Assembly: GCF_006345805.1 (NCBI RefSeq) | Contig: NW_021835986.1 | Location: 1-64,000, forward strand | Source: Octopus sinensis | Lineage: Eukaryota | Length of the DNA stretch: 64,000 nt | Reading direction: 5' to 3' | In this document: one piece after another, positions 26,251 to 40,053 of the stretch | Layout of the letters: each line of letters opens with the position of its first letter | Numbering within the stretch: the first letter of the stretch is position 1 | Program-made: the position numbers and the translations under genes | Notes under the pieces: generated by a model | Database searches by the model: none | Told to the model about the DNA's origin: nothing | Seen by the model: only the letters and a program-made list of their open reading frames with translations

Positions 26251-27434
26251 GTGAGTGGATTGACTATGATTCAAAATCCACACGCTTTTATTCAATATTA
26301 TCTTCATACAGTGCTCATTTGTGGGGTTTAACCAGTTTGCTGTGAGTTTTCACGTTTAACGGCTCTTCTGGCGGCAAAAATGAAAACACAAGAGAGAGAG
26401 AGAGCAGCTAATTTAAGATCGCCTATAAATGTATATGTCCTACTGGCTTAACAGTTCCACGAGTGATTAACAGGCTAATTAAGTGTAATTCAGTAGTAAG
26501 AATTTGGGAGTACCACATGGAATATGAAAGTAAAAAAAATATATATTTCGTTTTTGGATTTGGTTTGCAAGATTCTTTATGTGAGTTCGTATGTTAAGGC
26601 ACAAAAAGAAAATGAGTCTCCCCAGACACAACAAAAAAATATACTCAAAAAGAAAAATAAACAGCGTAGTTTGTATGAAAATCCAAATAATTTGAAATTA
26701 AATAAAATTTGAGTAAATGAAGGGAAATGCCATGCACCTGGTCAAGCGACATCAATTTGATGGAGGGAGTAAGCTGAAGTACATCACATATATTCCATCG
26801 ATTTGCTTTGAAGGAGTCCATCTCTCTCTCTATCCCTCTCTCTCTCTCACACACTATAAATATAGAAACGAAAACCTGAGGTATATAAATGTAAAATCTA
26901 ATCACCCGCCTTCTTTATTTATTAGTCTGCATAATCCTCTCTTTCTTATATTCTGACTGTTAGAAAGAATAGAAATTTATAACCAAACCCTTTTAGCATT
27001 TTTTGTATAATTATTTATATTTTTTATTTTAACTTTATTTCCTTATTCTTTAGCATTTAGTATCTTGTCTCTCCTTGAATGTATGGCTTTTAGACCTGTC
27101 TGTAAACTATTGTCATGGCATATCAATGAATGGAATGCCGCATTTCACCTGAGGAGGTGTAAGATAAGAACTGTACAACACCTCACCTATGAAGCAAACG
27201 TGAGAAAATGCTTCGAAACGATTGTAGTGGTTTTGAATCTCGCTAATTCCGTTTTCTGTCGTTTATCTATTGTATGTGCACACACGCGCGCGCGTGTGTG
27301 CATGTATGTATTTGTGTGTGTGTGTGTATGTATATATATATATATATATACACACACACATACAAATATATATATACATGCACATACGCACATGTGTAGA
27401 TGTATAAATAAACGCACACACACCACACACACAC

Positions 27435-27530
27435 AGAAGTTATTTTGTCAAGGTACTACGCAGTGGGATTGAACTGGGGAAAATGTGTTTGGGAAGCAAA
27501 CTTCTTACCCTACAGCCATGCCTACACCTA
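27435..27530 (-). mobile_element. SINE family C, head fragment
   Basis: Reverse complement TGTAGGCATGGCTGTAGGGTAAGAAGTTTGCTTCCC..CAGTTCAATCCCACTGCGTAGTACCTTG. Confidence 0.7.
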
Positions 27531-28677
27531 CCTACCTACCTACCTGACTGCCTGCCTACGACAAACATATACACACACATATATGTATGTATGTATGTGA
27601 CGTGTGTGTGTGTTGTGTGTGTGATGTGTAGCTCTCTATATAATATATTTATGTATTTATGCATATATATATACTGCACAATGTGTCTGAGGACTCCACT
27701 TAATCTGTGCCCAATTACTTTAAATAAAATTATCTCTCGTATTCGAGCTTACGCTTATGCCATTAATGCCAGTGGCTGCAACACCAGCTGACATTTGATC
27801 TCTAATCTTCAACCTTATATCTGTATCAAATTTAATTTTCCTTGCGAACTTACCGTACCCTGATTGCACCCGCTGTGTGTTTCCCTAATTAATGCACTCA
27901 GCTTTACTGTGTAGCTTTAATTAATTAATTGATTCAATTAATCCTTCTAAAAACTTTAATAATTTAAGTCTTCTCTCCTATAATGGCCACACGCTACGCT
28001 ATCTTCTTTTCAATTACCAGTATTTCACTTTCAGTTATAATTAATTTGTATCTTAGTAAACCTATAAATTAGCTCCTCCTTCACTATGTTTAATATTATT
28101 TAATCTGCAACATTTTCCTCAATTATACATTTATCTCCCATTTGTATTTTATGTTTTATTATTTTCCTTTAATTATGTTCGGCAACAATTTGCGAATTCT
28201 CCTCCTTGTCCCATCCACCTATGTTTATTGTTAAATCATGTTGTATAGCGAATAGGTTGCTAATAATTCCACTTTATGGAGAATTCTGCTTCACTCTTGT
28301 ATCGATAGCAGAATCTGATAGAATTGTGAATAAGCGGAGATACGAGCAGAAATTTCAGTGTAATGACATGCCACCGTCCGAAAAAATTTATGACACTACA
28401 AAATATATTTTTCATAGTAGAATATAGGATGGTCAAAACAGATAAAAACATTTCATACTGATACACATGCTCTTCGTCTTTAAAGGAACGCTATATTTAA
28501 TAATAAGGTTCTGGATTTACAAAACAACTAAAACAAACCAAGAAAACAACAAAAAACAAAAACGGAAAAATACTGGAAAAGTCATACTGAAACGCATTTT
28601 GATAATTATAGACCCTATTAATCAACTCTAATCGGGAGCTGAACAACGACGACGACAACGACAACAGCAAAAGCAAC

Positions 28678-28963
28678 TGGAGGCGCAATGTTCCAGTGGT
28701 TAAGGCAGCGGACTCGCGGTCGGAGGATCGCGGTTTCGATTCCAATACTGGGCGTTGTGTGTGTTTATTGAGCGAAAACACCTAAAGCTCCACAATGCTC
28801 CGGCAGGAGGTGGTGGCGATCCCTGCTGTACTCTTTCGCTCCGACTTTCTCTCACTCTTTCTTCCTGTTACTTGCCCCCGACTTCCTACGCAACCGCGGT
28901 GTCGTGGGGTTGACCTGCTTTCTCTCTTCTGCGGGTCCCACTAGGACGAAGACCGCTTCGCTC
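28678..28963 (+). mobile_element. SINE family A, tail type 2 (internal deletion in tail)
   Basis: Head GGAGGCGCAATG..AGTGGTTAAGGCAGCGGACTCGCGG; tail ends GACGAAGACCGCTTCGCTC then (AACAGC)n. Confidence 0.85.
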
Positions 28964-29625
28964 AACAGCAACAGCAACAATCACCGGCTGAGAATTCCTT
29001 TGCCTTCCAAACCACAGTCTTTGAGACGTTGAGAAAGATCATGGGGACTATAACGTCCCTCGATGGCAACAAAAGTATCATTAACAATAACAATAACAAA
29101 ACCAACGACGACAACAATAACGACTTATGAATCGTATTCCAGTACAAATGGTACTAGCAACCACACTTTATGTATCGAAGCAACCAAAATACGTCGTATT
29201 AGAAAATAGGTACCAACAACAGAGGTGGTGGTGGTGGGAAGGTCCGAAAACATTATAGTTAAAAACAACCCAATTTCATTCAACAGCCACAATATGCAAT
29301 CACAGCTTGTTATGTCGCACGTTCGGATGACCTCTACTCAACTTCGACTCTGCTCTCCGACGTCTAAACTTCTCCCTCTATATCTACGTATTGGGCTAGT
29401 CTACTTCATCGTCTGGGGGCGTCCACACAACACAGCTACACCTTACTCTTCAAATTCATGGATAAGTTAATTACTCGCATTTCCCATAAAATTTACCTCA
29501 CTATCTGAGATAGTTCTGCACATTAGATAATGTGGTCCTAGATAAACAATGATCAGGTGGCAAATTAGAAGAGTCATTAGCATCGGATGCAATGCTTTAG
29601 AAAACAATTTTCAGCGACAGAAGCA

Positions 29626-29690
29626 GTATTTAATACGAAAAGGTAGTATTAATACCAAAAGATAGTATTTAATACCAAAAGGTAGTATTT
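29626..29690. repeat. 19-20-bp tandem repeat, about 3 units
   Basis: AGTATT(T)AATAC(G/C)AAAAG(G/A)T repeated. Confidence 0.8.
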
Positions 29691-30822
29691 CTCCCCCAAT
29701 TAAAAGTGGATGTTATGTTAGAACACAAAGTACTGGGAGAACCTCTCATAAAGACCCTTGGAGAAATATAAGCACAATTGTTCATATCGATAGCGGGAGA
29801 AAATCACCCACCATCGCCATCGCCACCACCGAGATTGTCATATCACGTGATTCCAATCTTCCCTGGTCTTATGCTTTCCGAGTTAAAATCCTGCAGAAGT
29901 CAGCTTTGTATCTCGTCCTTCAGAAGCTGATAAAATGAAGTTCCAGTCTTTCATATGGTTAAGTTCCTTCTTCTTTGTCAATCTCTCCCCCACCTCTCTC
30001 TCTCTCTCTCTCTCTTTCCTTATAAAAACTACATAACTTTTTGTGAGGACCGTGGCGAACCATTTATGGCGTCTCTTTCTTCAAAATGGAGACGATTTGA
30101 GCGATATACTGACATACTCTTCTCATAGGAAAAACCCTATATGCTACTGGAAACGTCCAAAGACAGTCGGATGTGCAGTTCCACATGAAGGAGAAATAAA
30201 TAAAAATTATAAAAAAGAAGATGCATAATGCCGAAAGTAATTGTCATATAAAGAAATGACTGTCATAGCTGGAACGTCTTTGATCTACGTGGCCATTCAG
30301 TTAGGGCTGATCTAAAGTAAAGCAAAGAGTTAAAAAAAATCCCCAAACAAAATCAATAACAAGTGATATTTAATTGATTCGATTTATTTTACCTTCATAT
30401 TGATCTTAATGAATTAAATATTAGAACGAGTTTCTTCAAGAAGATTAATACTTAATGCATTTTATTTAGTATATTTACTATTTATTCAAAACAGTACTCC
30501 GTAGATGTTGAGTTATGAAGAATTATTCTGAAGAAATATTAAATCTGCTAACATCCTTATTGATATTTTGATGCCAATGTAAATTACATTTGAGCGCTGC
30601 AATCTTTCTTTTCCATGGTTCTATGACTGGAGATTCGGATAGTTATTGTAACACTCCGACTCACACTAGATAATTTTCAATAGTTCAAAATTACAAATAG
30701 GATTCGTAGGATGATGGATTCTTTTCATTCACAACATTCACCGTTCCCCTTCTTAAGAAATACACGGAACATTTAAAACATACATACACACGCACACACA
30801 CACACACACACAAACACAAACA

Positions 30823-30854
<32 letters not shown>

Positions 30855-30855
30855 T

Positions 30856-30892
<37 letters not shown>

Positions 30893-31059
30893 ACAATTTA
30901 GGAATGGCCTAAACAGGCCATTCGTCCACCAGAAAGAGCAGCCAGAACTCCAACCGCCAAGTAGTGTAATTCGGAAATAAGGTGAAAATTTAAAAACATT
31001 TACCCTAATTCATCTTTTATACGATGCATCGTTTCAGTGTCTTTAATGATAGACCAGCT

Positions 31060-31090
31060 TATATATATATATAATAATATATATATATAT

Positions 31091-31130
<40 letters not shown>

Positions 31131-31400
31131 TTAATCCAAACAAGAAAACGTATGTATGCACATACATGCATACATACATGCACACAGCACAGACATATAA
31201 ATATATATGTGTGTGTGTGTACGACGCTTTCGAAAGTATTTCTTGGAAATAACAACATAAATATCATTTCTTCTTCTTCTTCTTCTTCTTCTTCTTATTA
31301 TTATTATTATTATTATTTATTATTATTATTATTATTATTAGCATTATTATTATGATTATATTACATTGTTATATCCAACTATGTATGTGTATATATATGT

Positions 31401-31439
<39 letters not shown>

Positions 31440-31624
31440 GCGTGTGTGTGTATATCTATATATATGTACATATACGTGTGTATATACGCATATATATATA
31501 TGTGTGGTATAACTATATACATCCAAATACAAGTAGATATGTGTTTGTACATCTTCATACGTATGTAATCCACAAATAAAATATGTATGTGTTTGTATGC
31601 ATATATATAAACTTGTGGGTTGGG

Positions 31625-31691
<67 letters not shown>

Positions 31692-31698
31692 ATATATA

Positions 31699-31748
<50 letters not shown>

Positions 31749-31805
31749 ATATGTATGTATATATATATAAATAAAGAAGTAAATAGATGAATATATATAT
31801 ATATC
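31060..31805. repeat. Compound TA/TTC/ATT/TATG microsatellite cluster
   Basis: Directly visible; includes a short F1 end fragment (GTTAATCCAAACAAGAAAAC) at ~31129-31149. Confidence 0.9.
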
Positions 31806-33104
31806 CGGTAAGGAGACCTGATTCACATTTTATTCAAACCCCCCACATACTACGAAACACCTATATTATTCCGCTAGGTGAATGCTCTCATGAATCTACA
31901 TAAGATTTTTGAATTACATTTCCAAATGGTTTCGTTGACAGAAATACCACGTATCTTTCTAAAATCGGTGTCATAATTTATTTCTTATTATTTAACGCAA
32001 CCAGATATTATAGTATTTTGAAGAACGCCATAAACCTGTGGCAACCTGTATGGAGAAATAAACCGTGTGGAATTATAATGGTAAATCTCTCAATATTCGC
32101 TGAAATAGTCAGATTGAAGAATAGCATTCACGAATTTACGCGACATTCTCAAAAGTAAGAATGCTTTATACTCATAGTAAACAGAAGTAAAGAAAGAATG
32201 TGAACCCACCGTGCAGTTAGTATAGTAGGAACTATGGAAGGAACGATTACATAATTGCAATATCTACAAGAAATAGTAGCCAAATCTTTCTCAAATCGCA
32301 GTCTACATAAATATAGGAGGGCACACGTATATTTTTTTAAGTAAACGGCTATTTAACTGATGAACTCAATTACGGAATTACAGACGCATTTACCTACTCA
32401 CTTATTGAAACACTCACAATCTCCTGCATTCACACACACAAACACACACACACACGTACACATACACACACATCAACTCATTAACACATTCTATCGTATA
32501 CACCCTTATTCATTCACTGACCCTACTCTCTTTCTCGTGCTAAAAATAGCAGTCAAACATTTCTCAAACTAATACCGTAGCATAATAGAACATATTAGAT
32601 AATATAGTCTTAATTGAAGAGAGAAATAAATAAATAAATAAAGGCAGTGGGGATGGTCACATGATCGCAGTTGGAATTTCTTTGATCACGGGTATGTTCG
32701 ATCATCGAGGACATTAGACTGAAAATATCACCACCGCCACCCACGACGCTGACACCACCAATAACAGCAGCAACAGCAGTAGCAACAAGTATTATTTTAG
32801 TAATTCTGTTCCAGATTTTACAATTCTTATTGGTAAAAAACAAAAGAAACAAAAAAAAAAAACGAAAAGCGAAAAGAAAGAAAACGATATTCAAACACAA
32901 ATAGTTAAGCAAGAGTCAAGATAACGTGTGAAGCCAGAAATTTTAATTAATCAAAACTCAATTACTGTTGAGGAGAGGCAAGTACTGGGGTCAGCTGATT
33001 CAAAGCAAGAAAGAAAGATAGAAAGAAAGAAAGATATAAAAGAAGAAAGAAAAGAAGGGAAGAAATAAGGAGAGAAAGAGAGAGATAGACTCACCTTAGT
33101 ATTT

Positions 33105-33230
33105 GATGGAACTATATTTTATCGAAATAAAGGATGAAAGGCAACGTTGACCTCTACAGGATTTGAACTCAGAACTTAAAGGGCTGGAAGAAATATTGGA
33201 ACGCATTTCGTCCAGCGCTTTAACGATTGT
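33105..33230 (-). mobile_element. SINE family B, diverged fragment
   Basis: GGATGAAAGGCAACGTTGACCTC..GATTTGAACTCAGAAC. Confidence 0.7.
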
Positions 33231-35682
33231 AAATCGATCGATTTCCGCCCGCCCCCTACCTACCTTACACACGCAAACACACAGAGACATGCACTTGTGT
33301 GCATGTAATTTACAAAAGCGAGGAAAAGAATCCCAATCATACGCTTGTGTATGCGTGCAAAATAATTTATTACATTTCTAGATTCATACTATTTGTTTGT
33401 TTTTTACTTTGGCACATACCAAGAAATTTACTGAGGAATCGAATGAAACTTTTCGATGTCCAATCCTATTAAAACGATTTAGCAGCATACGAAAAGTAAT
33501 GCAGCTTCAACAGGGAGTAATAACAATCTCGTGGATCCATTTCGGAGTACTAGTACTTCACTTATTTTATATTTCGTATTCTTAAAGTACAACGACTTAA
33601 TAATAATTATATGCGTGCGCTACCTTACGAAATGCATTAAGCCTATAAATTTTAATTAATTAAAACTGCACCATTAGTGCTGTGAGCAATCATTACACAC
33701 ACGACTGATTCCAGCACAAAAAGCGAAGGAGCCTAAGCTGGAATTTTATTATATTTAATTAAAATTAATTAATTATGAAAATCCGTGGAGAGTGAGTCAA
33801 ATGTTTAGCAGTGCAGTAACAACCCTGGTTATGTTTCGGCTTTATTAGTCCTCCTCAATAACGCGGCGTCTAAACCTCAATTAATAAATATTAAAGTGGC
33901 CAGAAGATACAAGTATTTTCTGAATTAACGGTAAAGATAACTTCATAATTAAAAAAAAAATTGATTAAGAAAAATTTCTGACTGGTGCCCACCACTCAAA
34001 ACGTAGTAAAGTGGGATCTAATATGCCTGATATATGAGGGTGTGAAACTTATTTATTAAAATTACACTTTTAGTGGTAACAATATTCTAAATGACTAAAC
34101 TCAATAAAGAAAAAGGCATGGGAGAAAATATTGGTATTTTTATTAATTAAAATTAATATATACAGACTACAATTCTTATCAGCTCACCTGTCAATCTTTC
34201 CTAATTTTCCCATAATACTCAATATCAAAATATCATCAAAATAAAAATATGCTAGAGGAAATAAATGTTTTAATTTAAAAAGATGACCCTCATTATACAT
34301 TAGAAAACTCGTAAACCCTTAATAATTTTGTACCTGAAGCATCAACAAGTTTTCTATGTAACAAATATAATGTAGAGTCATATTAGATAGCATAAATAAA
34401 TATCAATCTGAGATGAATAAATAACCAATGCCCAGTACACACCAAATACAATTGGTGCTTAAATATTTTAAATATACTTTTACGGTTAATTCATTTATAA
34501 AATGTTTTTCTAATTTATTTTCTCAATTGTGAAATTAACTTTCTATGACTCGATGCCAGTTGTTTCTCCATGTATGCAGCATTCTTTCAGCTTAAATTCA
34601 AACCCTCTAATCTTCATATTTCTTGAATGAAAAGCATTTCTGTTCGGGTGGTGCCCATGTTAACGCTACCTTTTGTATCGCGTCCTGTTCACTTCAATTT
34701 GGTCATCTAAACCGGCGACACCTTATTTCAAAGACCTTGTTATTGCAACCTGCTAAAGGATATTGCTCTTCACTTCATACATTGTGAGACTAGATGAATC
34801 GGTAGATTTTATTGGGGCTATTTCCACCTAAAATTACTGTGGTACCAGATGGTACGAAACGAAGGGATATCTTTGTTAAATCTAAAGTGATCTTGCCGCT
34901 TCCAATCACCATAAGGCCTTGTCCATGTATATTGCTAATAATAATGAGGACTGGTTCCATAAACGTTTAGACTTTGGCCTACGGGTTCGTAATCAGATGC
35001 GAAATTACAACTGTTCCGTCGGAATTCCAATATATTTGCTACTTAACCTGTCATAGATTTAAGTCTATGACTGTTTTCTGTATAAATTTATGCTGCACGA
35101 ATGACTTTTATTTATTTAAGTTTCTTGCGACAAAAGATAGAATTAGGAAAGTGTTTCTAATTCATTGTCCAGCACAATATATTTTTATGAACAAACAAAT
35201 GAAAGCCTGTCTGTATGACCTGGTCTTCACAGACTTGCTTATTTAGAACACGATATTGGTGATTAATTACTTCAACTCTTAGTGAAGAAATAGTGTCTAT
35301 TAAATTATAAGTAAAAAACGACGTGAAAACCTTTACCCCTTTAGAATCAGAACTGCGTGGTTTTGGCACACCTCACATGATGTGTGAATAACTTGTCTGA
35401 AGGATTCTGGTCACTGGTTTCTTGTTGAGAGATAATTAAATTTGATTCATTAAAATGATTGATAACTTAATAATTTCACATTACTTATATCTTTAGAAAA
35501 TTTATTGAAAAGCAACCAATTTTGGTAATATAGGAGAATCTTGAAAAATTATTAATGTTGCAGTAAGTTGCCAATCTTCAGCAAAATAAGCTAGAGACTT
35601 GGACCAAAAATTTGAAAAACAACAGAAGGGTCACTGACATGAATTTTTAACTCCTGCTGAAAATATGAATCCGAAGAGTGTC

Positions 35683-35915
35683 ATCTTATTTCTTTATTGC
35701 CCACAAAGGAATAAACACAGAGAGGACAAACAAGGACAGTCAAACGGATTAAGTCGATTACATCGACCCCAGTGCGCAACTGGTACTTTATTTATCGGCC
35801 CCGAAAGGATGAAAGGCAAAGTCGACCTCGGCGGAATTTGAACTCAGAAGGTAACGGCAGACGAAATACCGCTAAGCATTTCGCCCGGTGTGCTAACGTT
35901 TCTGCCAGCTCGCCG
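35683..35915 (-). mobile_element. SINE family B, monomer
   Basis: Reverse complement CGGCGAGCTGGCAGAAACGTTAGCAC..GAGTTCAAATTCCGCCGAGGTCGACTTTGCCTTTCATCC..GGGCAATAAAGAAATAAG. Confidence 0.9.
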
Positions 35916-36289
35916 AAGAGTCTCATATTTCAATGTTAGGGTCAGAAAATGTGCGGGCAATAAAGAGGCCAGGGAAGCTAGCCAACAGACTACTTGTTCC
36001 CCATCTCTCTCTCTCGCTCTCTCATACAAACTCATCCATATATAAGAATGTATAAATCCAAATATATAAGATTTTAACGTACCAGCTTGGATACGCATAG
36101 GCTGTATATAATACTCAAAACTCGCTCAAACTGAACACCATTATTTTTCATTGATACAAAGACTTTTGTTAATGCAATCCTAGGTCCTACCACCCAGCAC
36201 GCAGACACTAGTGAGGCAAATTCACCTTGGCTAGAATAGTTTTTGATAATAGTTCAACCGATACACACACACACACCACACACACACAC

Positions 36290-36328
<39 letters not shown>

Positions 36329-36458
36329 TATAAAATGAGATAGGGGTGATAGCCACAATCGAATTAATCTAAATAATCATTACCTAGTGGTCAGAATTTC
36401 TAAACTCATAGTTATTTCGATCTTGAAAGGATGGACTTGGTGCAAACTTAACTGTATC

Positions 36459-36508
<50 letters not shown>

Positions 36509-36880
36509 TATTATTATTATATTATTACTATTATTATTATTATTAATATTAATAATAATTTTTATTGACTTTTATAGCTTTATAATTTTATGAACTGAAC
36601 CATGGTTTTAATTATTATTTTTCATCTCCCTATGTGTTAGTTTTTTAAAACTATTAGCCAAATATGTATAATAACTGTGCTTATTAATATTAATATACAC
36701 ACTGATATATATTTTGTTTTATTTTGTTTTGTTTACCTTGCATTATTGTACCAATGAGTATTATATTATACAAGTGTAGCATTATGAAGTTATGCATAAG
36801 TTTTTATATTTTACATTTTTTATATTTTTATATTTATATGTATATGGAAAAAAATTTTTTCACAATTATAACAAATTTAT

Positions 36881-36992
36881 TTCTCTGAAGAGGCCGTGGG
36901 GCATCCTGTTTATGCCTCATTTATACCTGCCTTTATGGCTTATAGGTTAAATGCGGTATGACTGCCCTTGCTGCCGAAACAGCTGTCAGATA
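36881..36992 (+). ncRNA. Type-I hammerhead-like motif with expanded, branched helix II
   Basis: TCT-CTGAAGA-GGC[78 nt]GCC-GAAAC-AGCT-GTC-AGA. Confidence 0.55.
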
Positions 36993-37419
36993 CGATTTAA
37001 TTACATATTATTTTGAAATTTTATACTTATATCTCTTTGTCTATTTACATTTACTGTATATTTTGTATAATGCCTTTACTGATATGTAATGGTGTAATAA
37101 AGTATTGATTAGGTATCATCTGATAGTTGATGTTTTATTGATTTAAGTATGTTTCTCCATTTTCTAATTTTGTAGTATATATATATATATATAGGAGATG
37201 TACTCGCATAGCAAGTAATTTGATCTGAGATCGTGTGCTGAAACGAAAACAATTGCAGCGTGGAAGGTGTTTATAAGCCATTTAAGAAACACACAAAAGC
37301 CGTTCGATTCACTTCAACATTTAAGTTTAATTTGTCAAAATATTTTCGTCGCTAAAATCCGCGACCTGTTCACTGACAAAAATCCGTGCTGCATCTGAGA
37401 AAGTAACAGTTAGTTCGTC

Positions 37420-38100
37420 ATATATATGTACGTATGTATGTGTGTATGTATGCATACATGTGTGTATGTATGTACGTATGCATGTACGTACATACGCTTG
37501 TGTATGCATGTATGTATGTATGTATGTATGTATGTATGTATGTATGTATGTATGTATGTATGTATGTATATATGTATGTGTGTGTATATGCACGCACATA
37601 CACTCTATAAACATTAAGCTATAACCTGTAGCGATGGATAGATGTAGAGTCACCACTCATCACAATACTATCAAATTTCAACTTCCTCCGGCCGAAGTCT
37701 GGAAGTGATTTACGACCCTTACTCCCAAAACTATACCCTAAAACCTATTATCAGATCTTTATCTTTGTTTTACTATTGTGCGTATGTATGTATGTGCGTA
37801 TGTATGTATGTATGTATGTATGTATGTATGTATGTATGTATGTATGTATGTATGTATGTATGTGTGTATGTATGTGTGTACGTACATACGTACGCATGTG
37901 CGTATGTATGTATACACGCACGTATGCATGTGCCCATGTATGTGTGTGCGTACATGTACGTGCTTATGTACGTGTGTATGCCCATACGTAGGTATGTATG
38001 TATGTTTGTACTCATGTGCTACGTATGTATGTGAGTGTTTAGGAGAATGGGCAGACGTGTCTGTGAGAGTGTGTACATGTGTATGTGTATGTGAACGTAT
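37420..38100. repeat. Two degenerate (TATG)n arrays
   Basis: 37425-37600 and 37775-38100. Confidence 0.95.
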
Positions 38101-38360
38101 GTCCGTGTACTGGCATGTGTCCGTCTAAGTTGTGTACATGACTGTTACTTTGTTGAAGGTTGTATACATATTCACATATATGTTTGTATAGACGCACACA
38201 CATTTATATATATGTGTGGGTGTGTGTTTGTTCCTCTCATCACCGTCTAACCGTGAAAGGATACAACGCCTAAGTGCAACTGTACGTATCAAACAACGTA
38301 CGCTCATACTGTTATATATAACTGCACATACGCATTGCAACCTGTATGTAAGGACTACAA

Positions 38361-38402
<42 letters not shown>

Positions 38403-38453
38403 AGGAGAGAGGTGGTTATAGAATAGAATAGTCCTCTGAATGGGATCTGGATG

Positions 38454-39005
38454 TTACTCATTCGGACTTTCGGTTGAGAGTAGTTTGTATTCTTGTATAC
38501 AAACAGCTTCTGTGACCTGTCTCAGCATTGCATCAGTGGGATGTGTGGAAAAGATGTTTAACTTAAGTCTCCCTAAGGAGCCCTTGTGGCAGTCTACAGC
38601 ATGTTGGTAGAAGATGGAGTTTGGCTTCCTTTCAATGTAGTTGTCCAGGTGTTCTTTGAACCTATCATTGATGCTTCTAGAAGTCTCACCTATGTATGAC
38701 TCTGGGTTAGTCGCGCAAGCCCCCTCCTGGCACTTAATCTGGTATACAGTGCCCTTGGTTTTACAATTTACATGTGGATTTGTCGAACATACTGCACAAT
38801 TACTTTGACAGGTGATTCTATCAAATTGATATGATCTGCATAATGCCGATTTGATAGTCCTACCCGTCTTTTCTACAACTTTAATTTTTAGGCCCGTAGT
38901 GCGCAGGATTTTCTTGAATGCCTTACTTAGCTCGTTCTTAGGTGTGGCGTCAACGAACATTACTCCGTGAAATCTCCTGTTATCGTACCAAGTAACGTTT
39001 CTCAT
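38454..39005 (-). mobile_element. 5'-truncated Penelope-like element, GIY-YIG endonuclease region (Neptune-like)
   Basis: 183-aa ORF with C-x3-C-x2-C, GTVYQIKC, YIGETSRS..RFKEH and RQVTEAVCI; terminal TLNRKSE lies in the adjacent frame. Confidence 0.9.
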
Positions 39006-39027
39006 CCTTTTGTTGGTGTCCCTCTCT

Positions 39028-39082
39028 AAGGTTAGAGATCGAAAAAGCGATCCTACGACCGCGAGTCCGCTGTCCTAACCAC
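39028..39082 (-). mobile_element. SINE family A, head fragment
   Basis: Reverse complement GTGGTTAGGACAGCGGACTCGCGGTCGTAGGATCGC. Confidence 0.75.
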
Positions 39083-39084
39083 AT

Positions 39085-39375
39085 ATAGTGAGAGTGCATG
39101 GCTTAGTGGTCAGGATGTTGCACTAGGGATCATGATTTCATTTCTTAGATCGGGTGGTACGTTATGTTCTTGAATAAAATATTTCCTCTCACGTTGCTCT
39201 GCGATCACTTCAGCATCTGACGCGTGGTACACTATGCACTTGTTCAGAGAACGTTGAGTTGATGGAGAGAGTGATCTAATGTGGAGCGCGAGCATTTTAT
39301 CACATAAAAAAAATCATTTGTGCGGGTCGTTCCATAAAAAGCTGATCGCTCATCTGTCGTCTTCGACGGGAGAGT
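39085..39375 (+). mobile_element. Diverged tRNA-headed CORE-like SINE (family E relative)
   Basis: TAGTGAGAGTGCATGGCTTAGTGGTC head and TCACGTTGCTC core resemble 42698-42815. Confidence 0.55.
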
Positions 39376-39397
39376 CCATCATATATATATATATACA

Positions 39398-39617
39398 CAC
39401 AAGGGATGGTGAAAAGTTTCTGGCCCTAAGGGTATTCGAAAGGCCTGAGTTGTAGCCGAACCTTCCGAGTTATTTTACAGGTCTTTGAAAAAACTGAAGG
39501 GCCGCTGCAATAAGCGTGTGTATCTGAGAGAAGAATACGGTGAATAAAATCATAATGAATTGATCCTCCTGTATTTTCTTTTACCCGAAGCCAGGAATTT
39601 GGCAGCACTCCCTCGTG
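39398..39617. mobile_element. Mariner-derived MITE-like element (220 bp)
   Basis: Imperfect TIRs CACAAGGGATGGTGAAAAGTTTCTGGC / GCCAGGAATTTGGCAGCACTCCCTCGTG; right part homologous to 7850-7960. Confidence 0.7.
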
Positions 39618-39698
39618 CATGTGTGTGTAGTAGTAGTAGTAGTAGTAGTAGTAATAGTAGTAGTAGTAGTAGTAGTAGTAGTCGTCGTCGTCGTCGTC

Positions 39699-39758
<60 letters not shown>

Positions 39759-40020
39759 ATAAAATCGATAAAAAGTATTGTTAACTTGCAGTGAGGACTG
39801 GAAAAAATCCAACGTTTCGGACAGATGATCTTCGTCAAAGAAAAGTTGAAAGGATAGAAAGCAATGAAAGACAGTTAAGTTTTAGTTCTCTAAGTTGAAA
39901 CAAACTATTTGCCACTGGCTCCATTTTGAAAACGGACACTATACTCTTTTTATTGATTCTACTACATTATGTAACTCTTGCCGTCGCAGGCCAACACCAG
40001 CCATTTTGGAATCTGTTTGA

Positions 40021-40053
<33 letters not shown>

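Noticed and set aside
34550-35050. Possible ancient RT fragment on minus
   Set aside because: Only one vague motif-like stretch (~34940-34975); insufficient.
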